Positions 1 to 12,996 of a DNA stretch of 64,000 nt are shown here, piece after piece (positions within the stretch are counted from its first letter, which is position 1; every line of letters begins with the position of its first letter). Under the pieces are notes generated by a model, which saw nothing but the letters and a program-made list of their open reading frames with translations, did no database searches and was not told the origin of the DNA. Position numbers and translations under genes: made by a program. Source of the stretch: the human T2T-CHM13v2.0 reference genome, Homo sapiens; assembly GCF_009914755.1 (NCBI RefSeq), contig NC_060932.1; one strand, 5' to 3'.

Positions 1-255
1 TTTAATGTCTACTTTGTCAGAGACTAAGATTGCAACCCCTACTTTATTCTGCTTTCCACTTGCTTGGTAAATTTTCCTCCATCCCTTTATTTTGAGCCTG
101 TGTATGTCTTTGCATGTGAGATGGGACCTTTGAATACAGCACACCAATGGGTCTTGACTCTTTATCCAGCTTGCCATTCTGTGTCTTTTAATTGGGGCAC
201 TTAGCTCATTTACATTTAAGATTAATATTGTTATATGTGAATTTGACCCTGTCAT
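1..255 (-). pseudogene. L1 ORF2p endonuclease domain N-terminus (fragment)
   Basis: ATG at 255-253 reads MTGSNSHITILILNVNELSAPIKRHRMASWIKSQDPLVCCIQ..., the canonical start of the L1 APE endonuclease. Confidence 0.9.
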
Positions 256-319
256 CATGATGCTAGCTGGTTATTTTGCATACTAGTTGATGCAATTTCT
301 TCATAGTGTCATTGGTCTT

Positions 320-1349
320 TGTACTTCAGTGTGTTTTTGTAGTGGCTGGTATCAGTTTTTCTTTTCCCTATTTAGGGATTCCTTCAGAAGCTCTTACAAG
401 GCAGGCCTGGTGATGATGAATTCCATCAGCATTTGCTTGTCTAAAAAGGATGTTATTTCTCCTTCATTTATGAACCTTAGTTTGTTCAGATATGAAATTC
501 TGGATTGCAAATTCTTTTCTTTAAGAATGTTGAATGTTAGCCCCCAACTTTTTCTGGCTTGTAGGGTTTCTGCTGAGTGGTCTGCTATTAGTCTGATGGG
601 CTTCCCTTTGTGGGTAACCTGGCCTTTGTCTCTAGCTGCCCTTAACAAAAGGGTTTTTCCTTCATTTCAACCTTGGAGGATCTGACGATTATGTGTCTTG
701 CGGTTGATCTTCTCATGGAGTATCTTACTGGGGTTCTCTAGATTTCCTGAATTTGAATGTTGGCCTATCTTCTTAGGCTGGGGAATTTCTCCCTGATGAT
801 ATACTGAAGTATGTTTTCCAACTAGGTTCCATTCTCCCCATCTCTTTCGGGTACCCCAATCAGTCATAGATTCAGTCTTTTTACATAATCCTATAGTTCT
901 CAGAGGCTTTGTTCATTCCTTTTCATTCCTTTTTCTCTATTCTTGTCTGCCTGTCTTATTTCAGCAAGATAGTCTTCAAGCTCTGAAATTCTTTCCTCCA
1001 CTTGGTCAATTCAGCCATTGATACTTGTAGTTGCATTGTGAAGTTCTTGTGTTGTGTTTTTCAGCTCCATTAGGTGGTTTATGTTACTCTCTAAACTGAT
1101 TATTCTGGTTAACACCTCCTGTAATGTTTTATCATGGTTGTTAGCTTCTTTGCATTGGGTTAGAACATGCCCCTTTAGTTCAGCAAAGTTCATTATTACC
1201 CATCTTCTGAAACCTACTTCTGTCAATTCATCCATCTCAGCCTCCGCCCAATTCTGTGCTCTTGCTGGAGAGGTGTTGCAATCACTTGGAGGAGAAGAGG
1301 CACTCTAGCTTTTTGAGTTTTCAGTGTTTTTTCATTGATTCTTTTTCAT
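320..1349 (-). pseudogene. Disrupted L1 ORF1p
   Basis: ORF1-like peptides are split across frames (394-648, 667-867, 1011-1235) by stops and frameshifts. Probable start ATG at 1349. Confidence 0.85.
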
Positions 1350-1865
1350 CTTTATGAGTTTGTCTAGCTTCAATCTTTGAGGCTGCTGGCCTTTGTATAG
1401 GGTTTTTGTGGGGACATTTTTGTTGATGCTGTTGTTGTTGCTTTCTGTTTTTTTTGACAGACAGGCCCCTTTTCCGTAGTGATGCTGTGGTTTGCATGGG
1501 GTCCACTCCAGACCCTATTCATCCAGGTCCTTCCTGCACCTGGAGGTGTCACCAGTGGAGGCTGCAGAACAGCAAAGGTGACTGCGTGCTCCTTCCCAGA
1601 GGGACACCAAACTGATGCCAGCAGGAATGCTCCTGTATAAGGTGTCTGGCAACACCAGTTGGGGGGGTCTCACTCAGTCAGTAAGTTTGAGATCCAGGAC
1701 CTGCTTAACAAAGCAGTGTGTCTGCCCTCTTGGGAGCGGGGTTGAACTGTGCTGGGTACAATCCCACTTGTCTGGGCTGCCTGGATTCCTCAGAGCCAGC
1801 AGAGGGAAAGACTAAGTCTCCTGATCCCTGGAGACCACAGCCACCCCTGCCACCAGGGGCTTAGC

Positions 1866-2200
1866 CAGAACTTGAAGACTATCTTGCTGAAATAAGACAG
1901 GCAGACAAGATTAGAGAAAAAGAATGAAAAGGAATGAAGAAAGCCTCCAAAATCTATGGGATTATTTAAAAAGACTGAACCTGCAACTGATTGGGGCACC
2001 TGAAAGAGATGGGGAGAATGGAACCAAGTTGGAAAACATACTTCAGGATATCATCCAGGAGAAATTCCCCAACTAAAAAGACAGGCCAACATTCAAATTC
2101 AGAAAATCTAGAGAACCCCAGTAAGATACTCCATAAGAAGATCAACCCCAAGACACATAATCATCAGATTCTCCAAGATCAAATTGAAGGAAAAACTTTT
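1866..2200 (+). mobile_element. L1 ORF1 fragment in inverted orientation relative to the adjacent L1
   Basis: Reverse-complement homolog of ~655-985, e.g. GAGAACCCCAGTAAGATACTCCAT versus ATGGAGTATCTTACTGGGGTTCTC. Confidence 0.9.
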
Positions 2201-2202
2201 AG

Positions 2203-2436
2203 CGAATAGGATGTCCTTTCCCCAGTGTATATTTCTGTTGACTTTGTTGAAGACCAGTTGGTTGTGGGTATGTGGCTTTATTTCTGGGTTTTCCATTCTG
2301 TTTCATTTATCTATGTGCCTATTTTTATACCAGTACCATGCTATTTTGGTTATTATAGCCTTCTAGTATAATTTAAATTCAGGTAATGTGATGCCTCCAG
2401 CTTTGCTCTTTTTGCTTAGGATTGCTTTCACTATTT
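2203..2436 (-). mobile_element. L1 ORF2 C-terminal-half fragment
   Basis: Minus-strand peptide ENPEIKPHTHNQLVFNKVNRNIHWGKDILF matches the ORF2p NPEI...QLIFDK...WGKDSLF region. Confidence 0.85.
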
Positions 2437-2899
2437 ACCAAAGCCCCTTTTAAAGCCAAAGATAGCAGTCAACTATTCACAGAGGATTTATGGAATTTAT
2501 ATTAATTCCATGTGAAACTTAATCGATATTATAATTGGCACCGACTTATGTACTGTCATATAGAGTAGAGCAGTAGAGCCACTATCAGGCAGTCAAGGGA
2601 CCAAAAAAGAAGGGGAGAAGACCATGCTTCATGCCTGCTATATACCACCCTTTTATGATAAAGTGAACAAGACTAAGGTGAAATGGAGGTAAACACTATG
2701 TTCAGAAAGATCTTCCTTACAAAAAAAAAAAAAAACCCAAACCAAAAAACTACGAAACATTCCAAAACCAATATGAAAAGAACACTCAAGAAGAATATCA
2801 TGGAAGTATTAACCCAATGAGTTGAAGGAAAAGCATGTCTCTGAAAGTTATTTATTTTAAGAAATAAAGAAAATATTCAATACATGAAGTTTGTAAACA

Positions 2900-3348
2900 T
2901 GAACCCATATTATTTTGCACTCTCTATCCTTTCCCTTTGGTAGTTCTTTTCCATACTAAATTCTGGGTTAGCCTTGGACTTAGCCTTGACTAATGAGACC
3001 TTAGCAAATGTGATGCAAGCCAAGTCTTACAAAGTATTTGTGTATGTGTGCTTGTCTTCTCTTGCTGTTCTATGGAACATTGGGATTGCCATATGCAGAA
3101 GTCTGGGCTAGCTTACCTTAGTATAAAAGACATGTCTCAGCTGAGGCCCCCAAGAATAGCATTCCTGTCAACTGGCAGACAATTGTGTGAGGCAATCCTA
3201 GACCACCTGTACCCAGCCAAGCCAACCTGGAGCAGAAGAATCATCCAACAAACTTCGGAAAGAGTAAGAAGTAATAATCATGCTGTTACATGACGCTTAG
3301 CTTTGTGGCATTTATTTCTCAATGCAACAAAAAATGAACTGATAAACA
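2900..3348 (+). mobile_element. MLT1-family (MaLR) LTR, diverged
   Basis: MLT1-like blocks TTAGCAAATGTGATGCAAGC and GAAGTCTGGGCTAGC, ending AACTGATAAACA. Confidence 0.6.
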
Positions 3349-3679
3349 TTTGCTTAGTTTCTCAATAATATGCAAAACACTTTTTAAAAGACAAACAAGA
3401 AGTCATTAAAAAGAGTACTAGAAAAGTTGACAATTGACTCCCTTAAGGAAAAACTGCAATGAGACTAAAAATACAATAATTATTAAAATCAGTAGTGAAA
3501 GAGAGTAAAACAGATATGCAAGAAATTAAGCAATGTAGAGAACAACCTACAGCTTTCATCTCAGAATAGAAAGAAAAATAAGAAATTAAAATGAAAACAA
3601 GTTGTTGTGTAAGACAAAGCTTTAAATTATGAGTAGTGCTAATTCCAGAAGAAGAAAGAAGAAACAACCAATAGAATAT

Positions 3680-4017
3680 TATCCAGCCATAAAAAGGAAT
3701 GGAAGATACATGACACAACATGGATGAACCTTGAAACATTATGTTTAGTGAAAGAAGCCTGACACAAAAAGTAATGTATGATTCCATTTACATAAAATGT
3801 CCCAAATAGGCAAATTCTCAGAGATGGAAAGCAGATTAGTGCCTCCATCAAGATCTAGTGGGTGGGGAAAATAGGCAGTTAGGGTTTCTTTTCAGGGTGA
3901 TGAAAATGCTCTAAAATTAGATAGTGGTGATTGTTGCACAGTAAAATAACTACATTGTACATTTTAAAAGGATGAATTTTATGGCGTATGACTTATAGCT
4001 CAGTAAAGCCATTTTTA
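3680..4017 (+). mobile_element. L1MB-like 3' end
   Basis: CAGCCATAAAAAGGAATG...ACAACATGGATGAACCTTGAAACATTATG...TATGATTCCATTTACATAAAATGTCC is typical of L1M 3'UTRs. Confidence 0.8.
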
Positions 4018-4158
4018 AGTCAGTAGCAACTAATGACTCTGGGCTAGACTGCAATATCAATGAAACAGCACATAGATCAGAAACAGACAGATACACACAC
4101 ACAAACACACACACACACAAGAATTAATATAAAGGATGAATAACAATTAAATAGGGAT

Positions 4159-4526
4159 TGTATTAGTCCATCTTCACACTGCTGATAAAGACATATCTGA
4201 GGCTGGGCAATTTACAAAATAAAGAGATTTAATTGGACTTACAGTTCCACATGGCTGGGGAAGCCTCACAGTCATGACGGAAGGCAAGGAGGAACAAGTA
4301 ACTTCTTACATGGATGGCGGCAAGCAAAGAGAGCTTGTGGAGGGATACTCCACCTTATAAAACCATCAGGTCTCATGAGACTTATTCACTATCACGAGAA
4401 CAGCACGAGAAAGATCTGCCCCTTGATTAAATTATCTCCCACTGGGTCCCTCCCACAACACGTGGGAATTATGGGAGTACAATTTAAGATGAAATTTGGG
4501 TGGGGACACAGAGCCAAACCATATCA
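4159..4526 (-). mobile_element. THE1 solo LTR (ERVL-MaLR)
   Basis: TGTATTAGTCC...CCAAACCATATCA termini, 368 bp; 5-bp TSD GGGAT/AGGAT. Confidence 0.92.
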
Positions 4527-5269
4527 AGGATCAATGGATTGTTCAAGACATAGTGTAAAAAATGGCTTTTTCTTTAAAAGTACATCGAATTTAGATTCTC
4601 ACCACCAGACAGCAAAATAAATCCTGTTTAGATTAACGATTTGGATGTATAAAGAAAGTAGGTACAAACATAAGAATATTTATTGCCCTACAGAAGAAGA
4701 CAGACTTTCTTGGCATAAAGGCAATGGAAGCAGCCACAAATTAGAACACTGAAGGATATGCTATCTTAAGACATAAATAAACATCTATAGAACAGAAATG
4801 CCTACAAAATTTAAAGGACAGTAATAAAACTGAACAAAACATACCTCATAAATTCCTCACACAAGAGTTTAATATTTTTATTTTTAAAAATGCATTGAAA
4901 TGGATGAATCCTTAATTAGAAAATGAATAACATTAACAGAGAGAAGAAAATCAAATTGCTAATGAATGTTAAATTTCACAAATAATAACAAAATATGGGG
5001 GCATTTTTCCACCTATCCAACTGGAAAATATTTATAAATCAGTGCTGTTGAGTTAGAAACTCTGGTAGAAGTACAAATCAGTACAGAAGCAATCATGCAA
5101 TATGTAACAAGTTCTCAAAAATTTTAATACCCAGGTAAATATGTATCAATTAACATCAATTTATTAAAATAAAATTTATACTTTAAAATAATATATTATC
5201 AGATACACTTCTAGGAATCCATCCTAAGAAAAGTTTCAGATATGTAAAGAAAATGATGCATGAATATTG

Positions 5270-5410
5270 TATTCATTTTTTTCACAAATATTTATTAAGC
5301 ATCTACTATGTGCCTGGGTCTGTTCTAGTTAATAAGAATAATAATAACAACAAAACAGACAAAAATGCCTGACCTTACATAGCCTAAATTCTAGACAGAC
5401 AGTAAACAAA
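5270..5410 (-). mobile_element. L2 3' end fragment
   Basis: CAAATATTTATTAAGCATCTACTATGTGCC is the reverse complement of the L2 tail. Confidence 0.65.
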
Positions 5411-5699
5411 ATACATGCTCTATTTGGTGTTAAATGTACTGAAGCAGCTGAGAAGAGATACTGGAATGCACAGAAAAGTCTCCGGTCCACTTGCTGTTGA
5501 GGTCATTGCCGTGGATGCCCTCAAGCACGCAGTAAAAAGAAACACAAAGATTCTCACGTTTGGTACACACCTCCAAGAGACTCTTCTCAAGCCTCTTCCC
5601 CAGATTCCCTGGTGCCCGTTTTCCTAATCGTCCTCCATCTGGGTCCCTGACCATCTAGTCATGTGTCTGAGTCTACTTCTTACCTCAGCTCCCTCTCCC

Positions 5700-7580
5700 T
5701 CCACCCAGTGTCAGTGGTCAAGTGTGCCTCTGCAGCTCTGCCTGCTTGGAGGGTGGCTCTTCCAACACCATTTAGAGCCACTCATGAGTGGGGCTGCAGT
5801 ATGGCAGCAGTATTTTTAGTTCACATCCACCTATTAAATAGGTGAGCCACGTCTTGCCTCTTCTGTCAGGAAGTGGTAGGGAATTTGAAAGGTCTGGTTT
5901 CCACAGCATATGTTTCCCCTGGTAAATGGCCTCAATTTGCTTGGAGAAACATTGTGAGAAATTGCTACTACATTTGTTTGCTGCAGTTTTGCAGGTTTCT
6001 TCCTTGAGAAATGCTATCTTCCCTTCAAACAATGGGCTCAGGGTATGAGAACTAATTCAGAGCTGGAAACTGGGTGACAGACCACCATCTTTACATTGCA
6101 ATGACCAGCTTCAGCCCCCTCTTCATCAGCTTTTGATTTTTTCCAGTTATGTAAGCCAAGTTATGCCTTCATAGGTTTACCTGCACATCTCTATTGTTCC
6201 CTGGAACATCATGGTCTATCAGCCACTAATTTAGATCCTGTAAAAGTCCAGGGCACCCTGGTTGTCCCTCTGGCCTTGCTGTGCCCATATAGTAATTATG
6301 TCCTCCTAACTCTGCTGGTTAAGGGCTGACACCAGGCTTCAGTTAGTCTAGAAACTATTTTGCCCAGTTCAAAAGCATCATCATCCAATGTGAACCCATA
6401 AATAACATTGAGCTTTTCAAAGACTCTCTTCCACCCTAAGCAGTGTATGGTGGATTCCTTATTGGCCTATGCACCTTCCCAGGAAACATAATTATACAGT
6501 GTGCTTTCTGGACTCACATAACAAATCCAGTCTATTATTCCCATCCCTTCAAGCATCTGACTCCCTCCTTATTTCTCTGCTAAGATTGTTCTGGCATTTC
6601 CATCTCATTAAGCAATCATTGTTTCCAAGTCTCAGGAAGTCGTCCCAATAGAAGATTAGGATTGGCTCCAAGATGTCTTTGCCAGGACATTAAATCTTGA
6701 ATAACAGGAGAATGCTCCTTTATTAATAAATTTCCTCCTATCCAGCCATGTGCACTCCAGAACCACCCTTGCTTGTGTTGCTCTGGTTCCAGCACACGCG
6801 TATGATCCAGATCCTGCAAAACCACAGTAACTAAGTGGTTTCCTCCAAGAGCAGGCACTGCATTCCCTGTTTAGACTCTGCTGAGGCCTGACTCTCTTTA
6901 CTGGTATGAAGATAACAAGGAGATCTTGAGGGGAACAGAAAACATGTTCCAACTCATCTGCCTCCCAGTCTCTTCATAGGTCTCTAGGCAAGAGCAAGCT
7001 TCTTTCCTCTACCAGAGAGAAAGGAACTGCTTCTAACAACCTGGAAGACTCAAAGGAATTTAGGTACCCATAACACTAAGACACTCCATTCAAATGCCCT
7101 ATCTCAGCTCTCAGGATATCACCCTTTCCTTATCAGGGCACTGACATTGACATTGGATGCATGCTGAAGTCTCATTTGCAGCTTTGCCACCCTTACAAGT
7201 ACATCCTGGGCTTGACTTTCTACATAGTCTTTCCTGCTGCTGCTGGAATTGAGCGTATCTTTAAATTATGCTATAGAAGCATTCTGACTCTACATTGTGC
7301 CATGAATTGATACCTGATCTGAGCCTACCATTTTAATTTTTAAAATCTTTCAAAGCAGTCAACAGCATCTCGCCAACTTCTAAATCCTTATGATCACCAT
7401 TTCCCCATGGCATTCATGCACTAGGGTTACTACATAATGAGAATATCATGGTTTACTTTCAACCTGTACTCATTCATTCCAGCTGAAATTTTTAGTAATT
7501 CCGATATTACAGAATGCTAGTTATTATCCACACTCCACTTAACATCACCAATGAGTGACCCAGAGCACCCACTTCTAGGG
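5700..7580 (-). mobile_element. ERVL-class internal sequence (gag remnant)
   Basis: Minus-strand peptide WLDRRKFINKGAFSCYSRFNVLAKT (in ORF 6656-6952) resembles ERVL gag LDQAEFIDxGxLSRDSxFNVxA; adjoins an ERVL LTR. Confidence 0.7.
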
Positions 7581-8050
7581 GAATTCCTAGTGTCCTCAAA
7601 AGCAGAGTCACAACCTAGGACTTGTGTGTAGGTGGATGATTCTGGAAGTATTACCGTGGAACAAGCAAGGGAGACTGGGGAGAGTGAAACAGGAAAAAAA
7701 GAAAGATCAACAGAAGGGTCAATTATCCAAGCCAACACTGCTATGGACAACTGGGGCTGAGTCCCTCCGGGATTGCTCAACACAAAGAATGGCTCTCAGA
7801 ATTTTCTGTCCAAAGATGGACACAGGGAAGCATGTATCCATCAGCTTCCACCTCCCTTGGTAAAGGTGCCCAAGAATTTCTTAGCTCCCTCTGCTCTTAT
7901 GAACTGCACCTGAATTCTGTGCTGTGGTATTAGAGAACTTCCGAACAGAAAGAAAAGGCACATGGCACAGACCCTTAAGGTAAGACCTTGTCCACAAGAA
8001 GAGGTAAATTAAAGCCCACGGGAAGTATAACAGAAGCCATGGCTGGAATC
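7581..8050 (-). mobile_element. LTR33-like ERVL LTR
   Basis: AAGCAGAG...GGGGAGAGTGAAACAGG...TTATCCAAGC...CAACTGGGGCTGAGTCC resembles LTR33-family sequence; contiguous with the ERVL internal region. Confidence 0.65.
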
Positions 8051-8054
8051 AGAG

Positions 8055-8541
8055 TGTGGTGGGCTGAACAAGGGTCTTCTGAGGACATTCACACCCTAAT
8101 CCCTAGAACCTGTGAATGTGAGTTTATAAGGAAAAAGTGACTTTGTAGATGTGATCAAATCAAGAATCTTGAGGTAGGGGATTATCCTGAATTACCTGAG
8201 TGAGCTGTAAATATAATCCCGAATTTCCTTATAAGAAAGAGAAAGAGGGAGACGTGACTACAGAAAAGAAGGTAAGGCGATAACAGAAGCAAGCTTTGAG
8301 GCTGGAGGAGGGGGCCACAAGCTGAAAAATGCGGGAAGCCACCAGAAGCTCAAAAGGGCACGGAAACTGATTCTCTCACCAAAACCTCCAGAAGGAACCA
8401 GCCCTGCTGATGCTTAATTGCAGCCCAGTGAAACTGATTTCAGAGTTCTGATCTCCAGACAGACAAGGGAATACATTTTGTGTTGCATTAAGCTACTAAA
8501 TCAATGGTAATTTGTTATAGCAGCAATAGAAAGTGAATACA
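8055..8541 (+). mobile_element. MLT1D-like solo LTR
   Basis: TGTGGT...CCTAATCCCTAGAACCTGTGAATG...GTAATTTGTTATAGCAGCAATAGAAAGTGAATACA; TSD CAGAG/CAGAT. Confidence 0.85.
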
Positions 8542-8673
8542 CAGATTTACAGCAAAGACACTATCAGATGATGTACGCCTAATTGCAGTCTCTGTACAAT
8601 GGCCCACTGCTTGACTATTCCATGCCCTTTACTGCTTCATGACCTGTGTTCATGATGTCTCCTTTCTCTGAAG

Positions 8674-9181
8674 CAGCAGTCCCCAACCTTTTTGGCACCA
8701 GGGACTGGTTTCATTGAAGACAATTTTTCCATGGATAGTGGTCGGGGGTATAGAGAGGGATGGTTTCAGGATTATTCAAGCTCATTACATTTATTGTGCA
8801 CTTTATTTCTATTATTACATTGTAATATATAATGAAATAATTATACAACTCACCAAATGTAGTCTCAGTGGGAGCCCAGAGCTTGTTTTCCTGCAACAAG
8901 ATGGTCCCATCTGGGGGTGATGGGAGACAGTGACAGATCATCAGGCATTAGATTATCATAAGGAGCACACAACCTATATCCCTTGCATGCACAGTTCACA
9001 ATAGGGTTCGTGCTTCTATGAGAATCTAATGCCGCCGCTGATCTGACAGGCGGCAGAGCTCAGGCTCTAATGCAAGTGATGGGGAGCAGCTGAAAATACA
9101 GATGAAGCTTCTCTCCCTTGCCTTGCCAGGTGCTCACCTCCCTCTGTGAGCAGTCCACGGCTGGGGAGTTGGGAACTCCTG
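8674..9181 (-). mobile_element. MER1A (hAT-Charlie non-autonomous DNA transposon)
   Basis: Terminal inverted repeats CAGCAGTCCCCAAC / GTTGGGAACTCCTG; ~510 bp with the MER1A AT-rich interior. Confidence 0.85.
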
Positions 9182-10599
9182 GGGTAAAGCACTCTGTGCA
9201 ACTACCCACATGCTTGTCTCCTTCCAATCTTCTGGCTGAAATTTAAATCATATTCTTGGAGGACTTCAAAGCCTTTCCAATCTAAAGTGAATTGCTGTGA
9301 TTTTTTTTTCAAAGCCCTGCTTCCTTCATGGTAGTTATCGTTTGTTTTTATTTTGCGTATGTGTCTGTCTACTTGTTTACTGTGTTTCTCTGCCTGTCTA
9401 TAGCAAAGCCCTGTACTTTTGGAATTACAGTAACTTTATTACTTTGATATTTTGATCCCCACCAGTTATCAAGGCATTGATGTTTACTCATCATGGGTTT
9501 GAATATTGAATAAAAAAATGGTGGTATGAGTGGTACCCACCCACTACCCACATGGTATGTCAGAAGGAAGCAGTTTCTCCTTCCTCCTCCACCATCCGGC
9601 TTGACCTACATGACTGATTGCTTTCACACTCTCCCTGGTCAGCACTCTAAATAGCCTTTAATGCACCTCTCTACCCCAAACCCCAGTCTGTTGGGCTGGT
9701 GTCCTGGCAAAGCCTATGGCTCCTGTCTCCCCTAAATGACTTACTCGAATCCACAGCTATTAGCTGGAATCAATTACAATTTATTCAACAAATTGTGGCA
9801 AGTCACTTACTCTCTTCCAGGCTAAGCTGGATTACAGAGATGAACAAGGCCCAGCGTCTCTTTTAGGGAGATCATTACCTAACCCAGAAGATTGTCAGAT
9901 TTGCAAATTAAAGCAAAAACTTTCTCTAGGGGCCATGATACAAGGTGCCCAAAGGAAAAATGGGGTCATTTCTAAAGAGGATTCCAAGAAAGACTTCACA
10001 GAAGAGAAAACGCTTGATCTGAACGTCAAGAGCTAAAGAGATTTTCAAAAGGCAGGGAGAGAAGCATGAGTCACCATGAGTAACTGCATGGGGGCAGTAA
10101 GTGGCCAGGGCCACTGAGGAAAGGCAAGCAGAGCAATGTAGCCAGAGTGAAGAGTGAAAGGAAGTACAACAGGATGAGTCTGGAGGGGTGGAACAGCGTC
10201 AGTCGTGGAGAAGCTGTGTGCCCACTGAAGGTGCTCCCGCCACACACACGCGTTGATGCTCACTCCTCATCCCCATACTGGAAGGCTGACAATAATTTAT
10301 GGGACTCAAAAATCTCCTTTAAAAGGCTGTGGTTTGAAAGGACAGATATTCATTCCAATACAAACACTGAAGACAGTCTTCAGAACTGAGCGGGCAGAGT
10401 AGACACTGCAGGGATGCTGAAGTTACCTTTGCATTTGTGTGGATATCCAAGTCTAGTGGGAAAACAGTGATTCTCCACCCCATCCACTGGCGATGGGGGC
10501 AATGCCTGGTTTACAGCCACCTGCCAGTCACACTGGTGGCTGTTGTTTATTGCTTCTATATTCTACACAATTTACTTATACTTTCTATATTTATTTCAT

Positions 10600-10755
10600 C
10601 CAGGCAAAGAATCTTATGTGTTTCCCCATTTTAGAGATGCAGAAATTGAGTTTAGAGAGGTTCAATGTTGTACCCAAACTCTCTCAATCAGTAAGTGGCA
10701 GAACTGGAACTCAGACACAGGCTTGCATGATGAGTCTTTCACCTCCAGATCACAG
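10600..10755 (-). mobile_element. MIR
   Basis: CCCCATTTTAGAGATGCAGAAATTGAG...AGAGAGGTT MIR core. Confidence 0.7.
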
Positions 10756-11513
10756 TATTTCATCCAGCCCAATATGGAGATTGAACAGCATGACCTTAAT
10801 GTTGCCACTCCCCAAGATTTGCAGCTGGGAAGCTACCTGATCAACATCTGCCAACTTCTCTGGGTTCTTAAAAAACAGTAGTAGTAATAATAATAGCATC
10901 AACAATGATAACAACACATATGAATATACATTGTCAATGAGTCAATAATTACACACAACAAAATATAAGGGGTTTGCTGATGTTTTTTACTAGTAATACT
11001 GATTATTTGTTGTATTTTTATTGTGGTCATCATCATTTTAATTTAAAATTGTAACAAGTTGAAGAATTATTAGCAAGGCAAGTAATAAAACCCATTATGG
11101 TGCTTTTATTTCCTACTTGGGACTATAAATTAAATGTGAGAAAACCAACCTTTACTCCTGAGGAGAGGTGATTTAATGTTGAATGACACCAACCCAGGTA
11201 AAAAACATCCCCGATGAAATAGGAACTCCAAGTGCGATTTAGCACATGGGGATGTCCAAGCAGGAGAGAATCTCCCCACAAGGCAATTAACTCTGGGTAC
11301 CATGACCAATGAGTTTCCGAACCTTGGTGAGTGAAGGTGAAAAAGGTCCATAAAGTCTGCAGGGAGCCATCCAAGAGAAACACAGTTTGTAATCAAAACA
11401 GAGAGGGAGGAAGAGGATGCGTGGCATCTGGCAGAGAAGAATTATTTATCCAGATATTTATTCTACCTTGACACCAAGCATCTGGAGGGACCAAGGCATC
11501 TAAGTGTTTGCTC

Positions 11514-11553
<40 letters not shown>

Positions 11554-11573
11554 CGCGCGCGCGTGTGTGCATA
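11514..11573. repeat. Compound (TG)n(CG)9(TG)n microsatellite
   Basis: Uninterrupted purine-pyrimidine alternation over 60 bp, read directly. Confidence 0.97.
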
Positions 11574-11679
11574 AGAGAGCATACAGAATGGAATAAATCA
11601 AACGTCTGCAGAAGAGGTGGGACAACTGAGGCAGGAAAGAACAGTTATAAGTGCTCAGTTGCCTCAAATCCCAAACAAT

Positions 11680-11850
11680 TATACTCAAATCCCAGCTCTG
11701 ACACTGACTATGTGTTCCTCAGAAATTTTCCTAAGCTTCCTAAATTCAGGTTCCTTAGGTGCAAAGTGGGAATAGTAACCAATAGTGTTGCCAGGAGGCT
11801 AGTATAAGTGAACGCATGCTCACTGCATAATAAGTGATTAATAAATCTTG
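11680..11850 (+). mobile_element. MIR
   Basis: TCAAATCCCAGCTCTGACACTGACTATGTG...AAAGTGGGAATAGTAA MIR-like. Confidence 0.65.
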
Positions 11851-12074
11851 TCCATTAGTATAACCATTGTTATTGTTGCTAGTCTATTATGTGAGCACTG
11901 CAGAAGGATAATAAAATAAAAAAAAAGATGGACTGGATTTTCTCCTTTTTAGCCAGATATGTGCATCTCTAGCAAAAGCAGCTGAGATTAAAAACTATCA
12001 GGAAAGAAGAGTGGGTCACATTCAAAGAGCAACTTTTGAATTATTTCAAAGCCAATTTTTCACAAAACATAAGG

Positions 12075-12225
12075 TCCTTGCTACACAAAGGGTGATCTGC
12101 AACACCTGGGAGATTGTTAGGAATGCACAATCGCAGCTCCCGCTCCAGAGTCGACTACATCGGAGTCTGCATCTTAACGAGATCCCCACATGATCTGCAA
12201 GCACAATCAACTTTGAGGAGCACAG
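12075..12225. mobile_element. MER5-family DNA transposon
   Basis: CACCTGGGAGATTGTTAGGAATGCA...TCTGCATCTTAACGAGATCCCC...TTTGAGGAGCAC. Confidence 0.7.
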
Positions 12226-12642
12226 AGCTGGGACACAGTCTGCATTTGTCCACAATCATATCAAATCCTCTAATGAATGGAAAGGAAGGGTCCATTTAGC
12301 CAAGCAGCTGATCCATTCAGTCACACCTGATCAATTTACGCCCCACAAGTAAACAGCTGAGCTGACCAGCTCAAATGGAGCAATGCCCAAGGCAATCAGC
12401 CCTAAATGGGAAGCAGATGGTGTATGTGAAGGGCCATCCAAAAGTATTTTAACTGGGACATTCCCCACCCCTTACCCCTAGGAAGTTTACAATCTGTTAG
12501 GGGCAACAGAAGAATAGACCTTTAAGTCAAATCGCTAGATGAATAAGAAGAAGGGCTAGGGGTAATTTATTCTAACTTGTAAAATCAGAGTAGCCTCTTA
12601 GAGAAGGTACATGTGGACAGTGACAAAGGAATAGGAAGGGAG

Positions 12643-12996
12643 TGTATTAGTCCATTTTCACGCTGCTTATAAAGACATAGCCAAGACTGGACACTTTACA
12701 AAACAAAGAGGTTTATTGCACTTACAGTTCCACATGGCTGGGGAGGCCTCACAATCATGGCAGGAGGCAAGGAGGAGCAAGTCACATCTTATGTGGATGG
12801 GAGCAGGCAAAGAGAGAGCTTGTGCAGAAAAACTCCCATTTTTTAAACCATCAGATCTCATGAGACTTATTCACTATTCCAAGAACAGCACAGGAAAGAC
12901 CTGCCCCCAGGATTCAATTACCACCCACCAGGTCCCTCCCACAACACCTGGGAATTCAAGATGAGATGTGGATGGGGACACGGGCAAACCATGTCA
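12643..12996 (-). mobile_element. THE1 solo LTR
   Basis: TGTATTAGTCC...CAAACCATGTCA; perfect 5-bp TSD GGGAG (12638-12642 / 12997-13001). Confidence 0.93.

Larger units (their letters stand above)
1..1860 (-). mobile_element. Old primate LINE-1 (L1PA13-16/L1P4-like): 5'UTR, ORF1 and start of ORF2; continues off the window start
   Basis: Minus-strand translation gives the ORF1p C-terminus (394-648: KGQVTHKGKPIRLIADHSAETLQARKSW), the ORF1p coiled coil (1011-1235) and the ORF2p N-terminus. GC-richer UTR-like sequence at ~1400-1860. Confidence 0.9.

Noticed and set aside
4159-12996. Two same-orientation THE1 LTRs as ends of one provirus
   Set aside because: Each has its own TSD (GGGAT/AGGAT and GGGAG), so both are solo LTRs.
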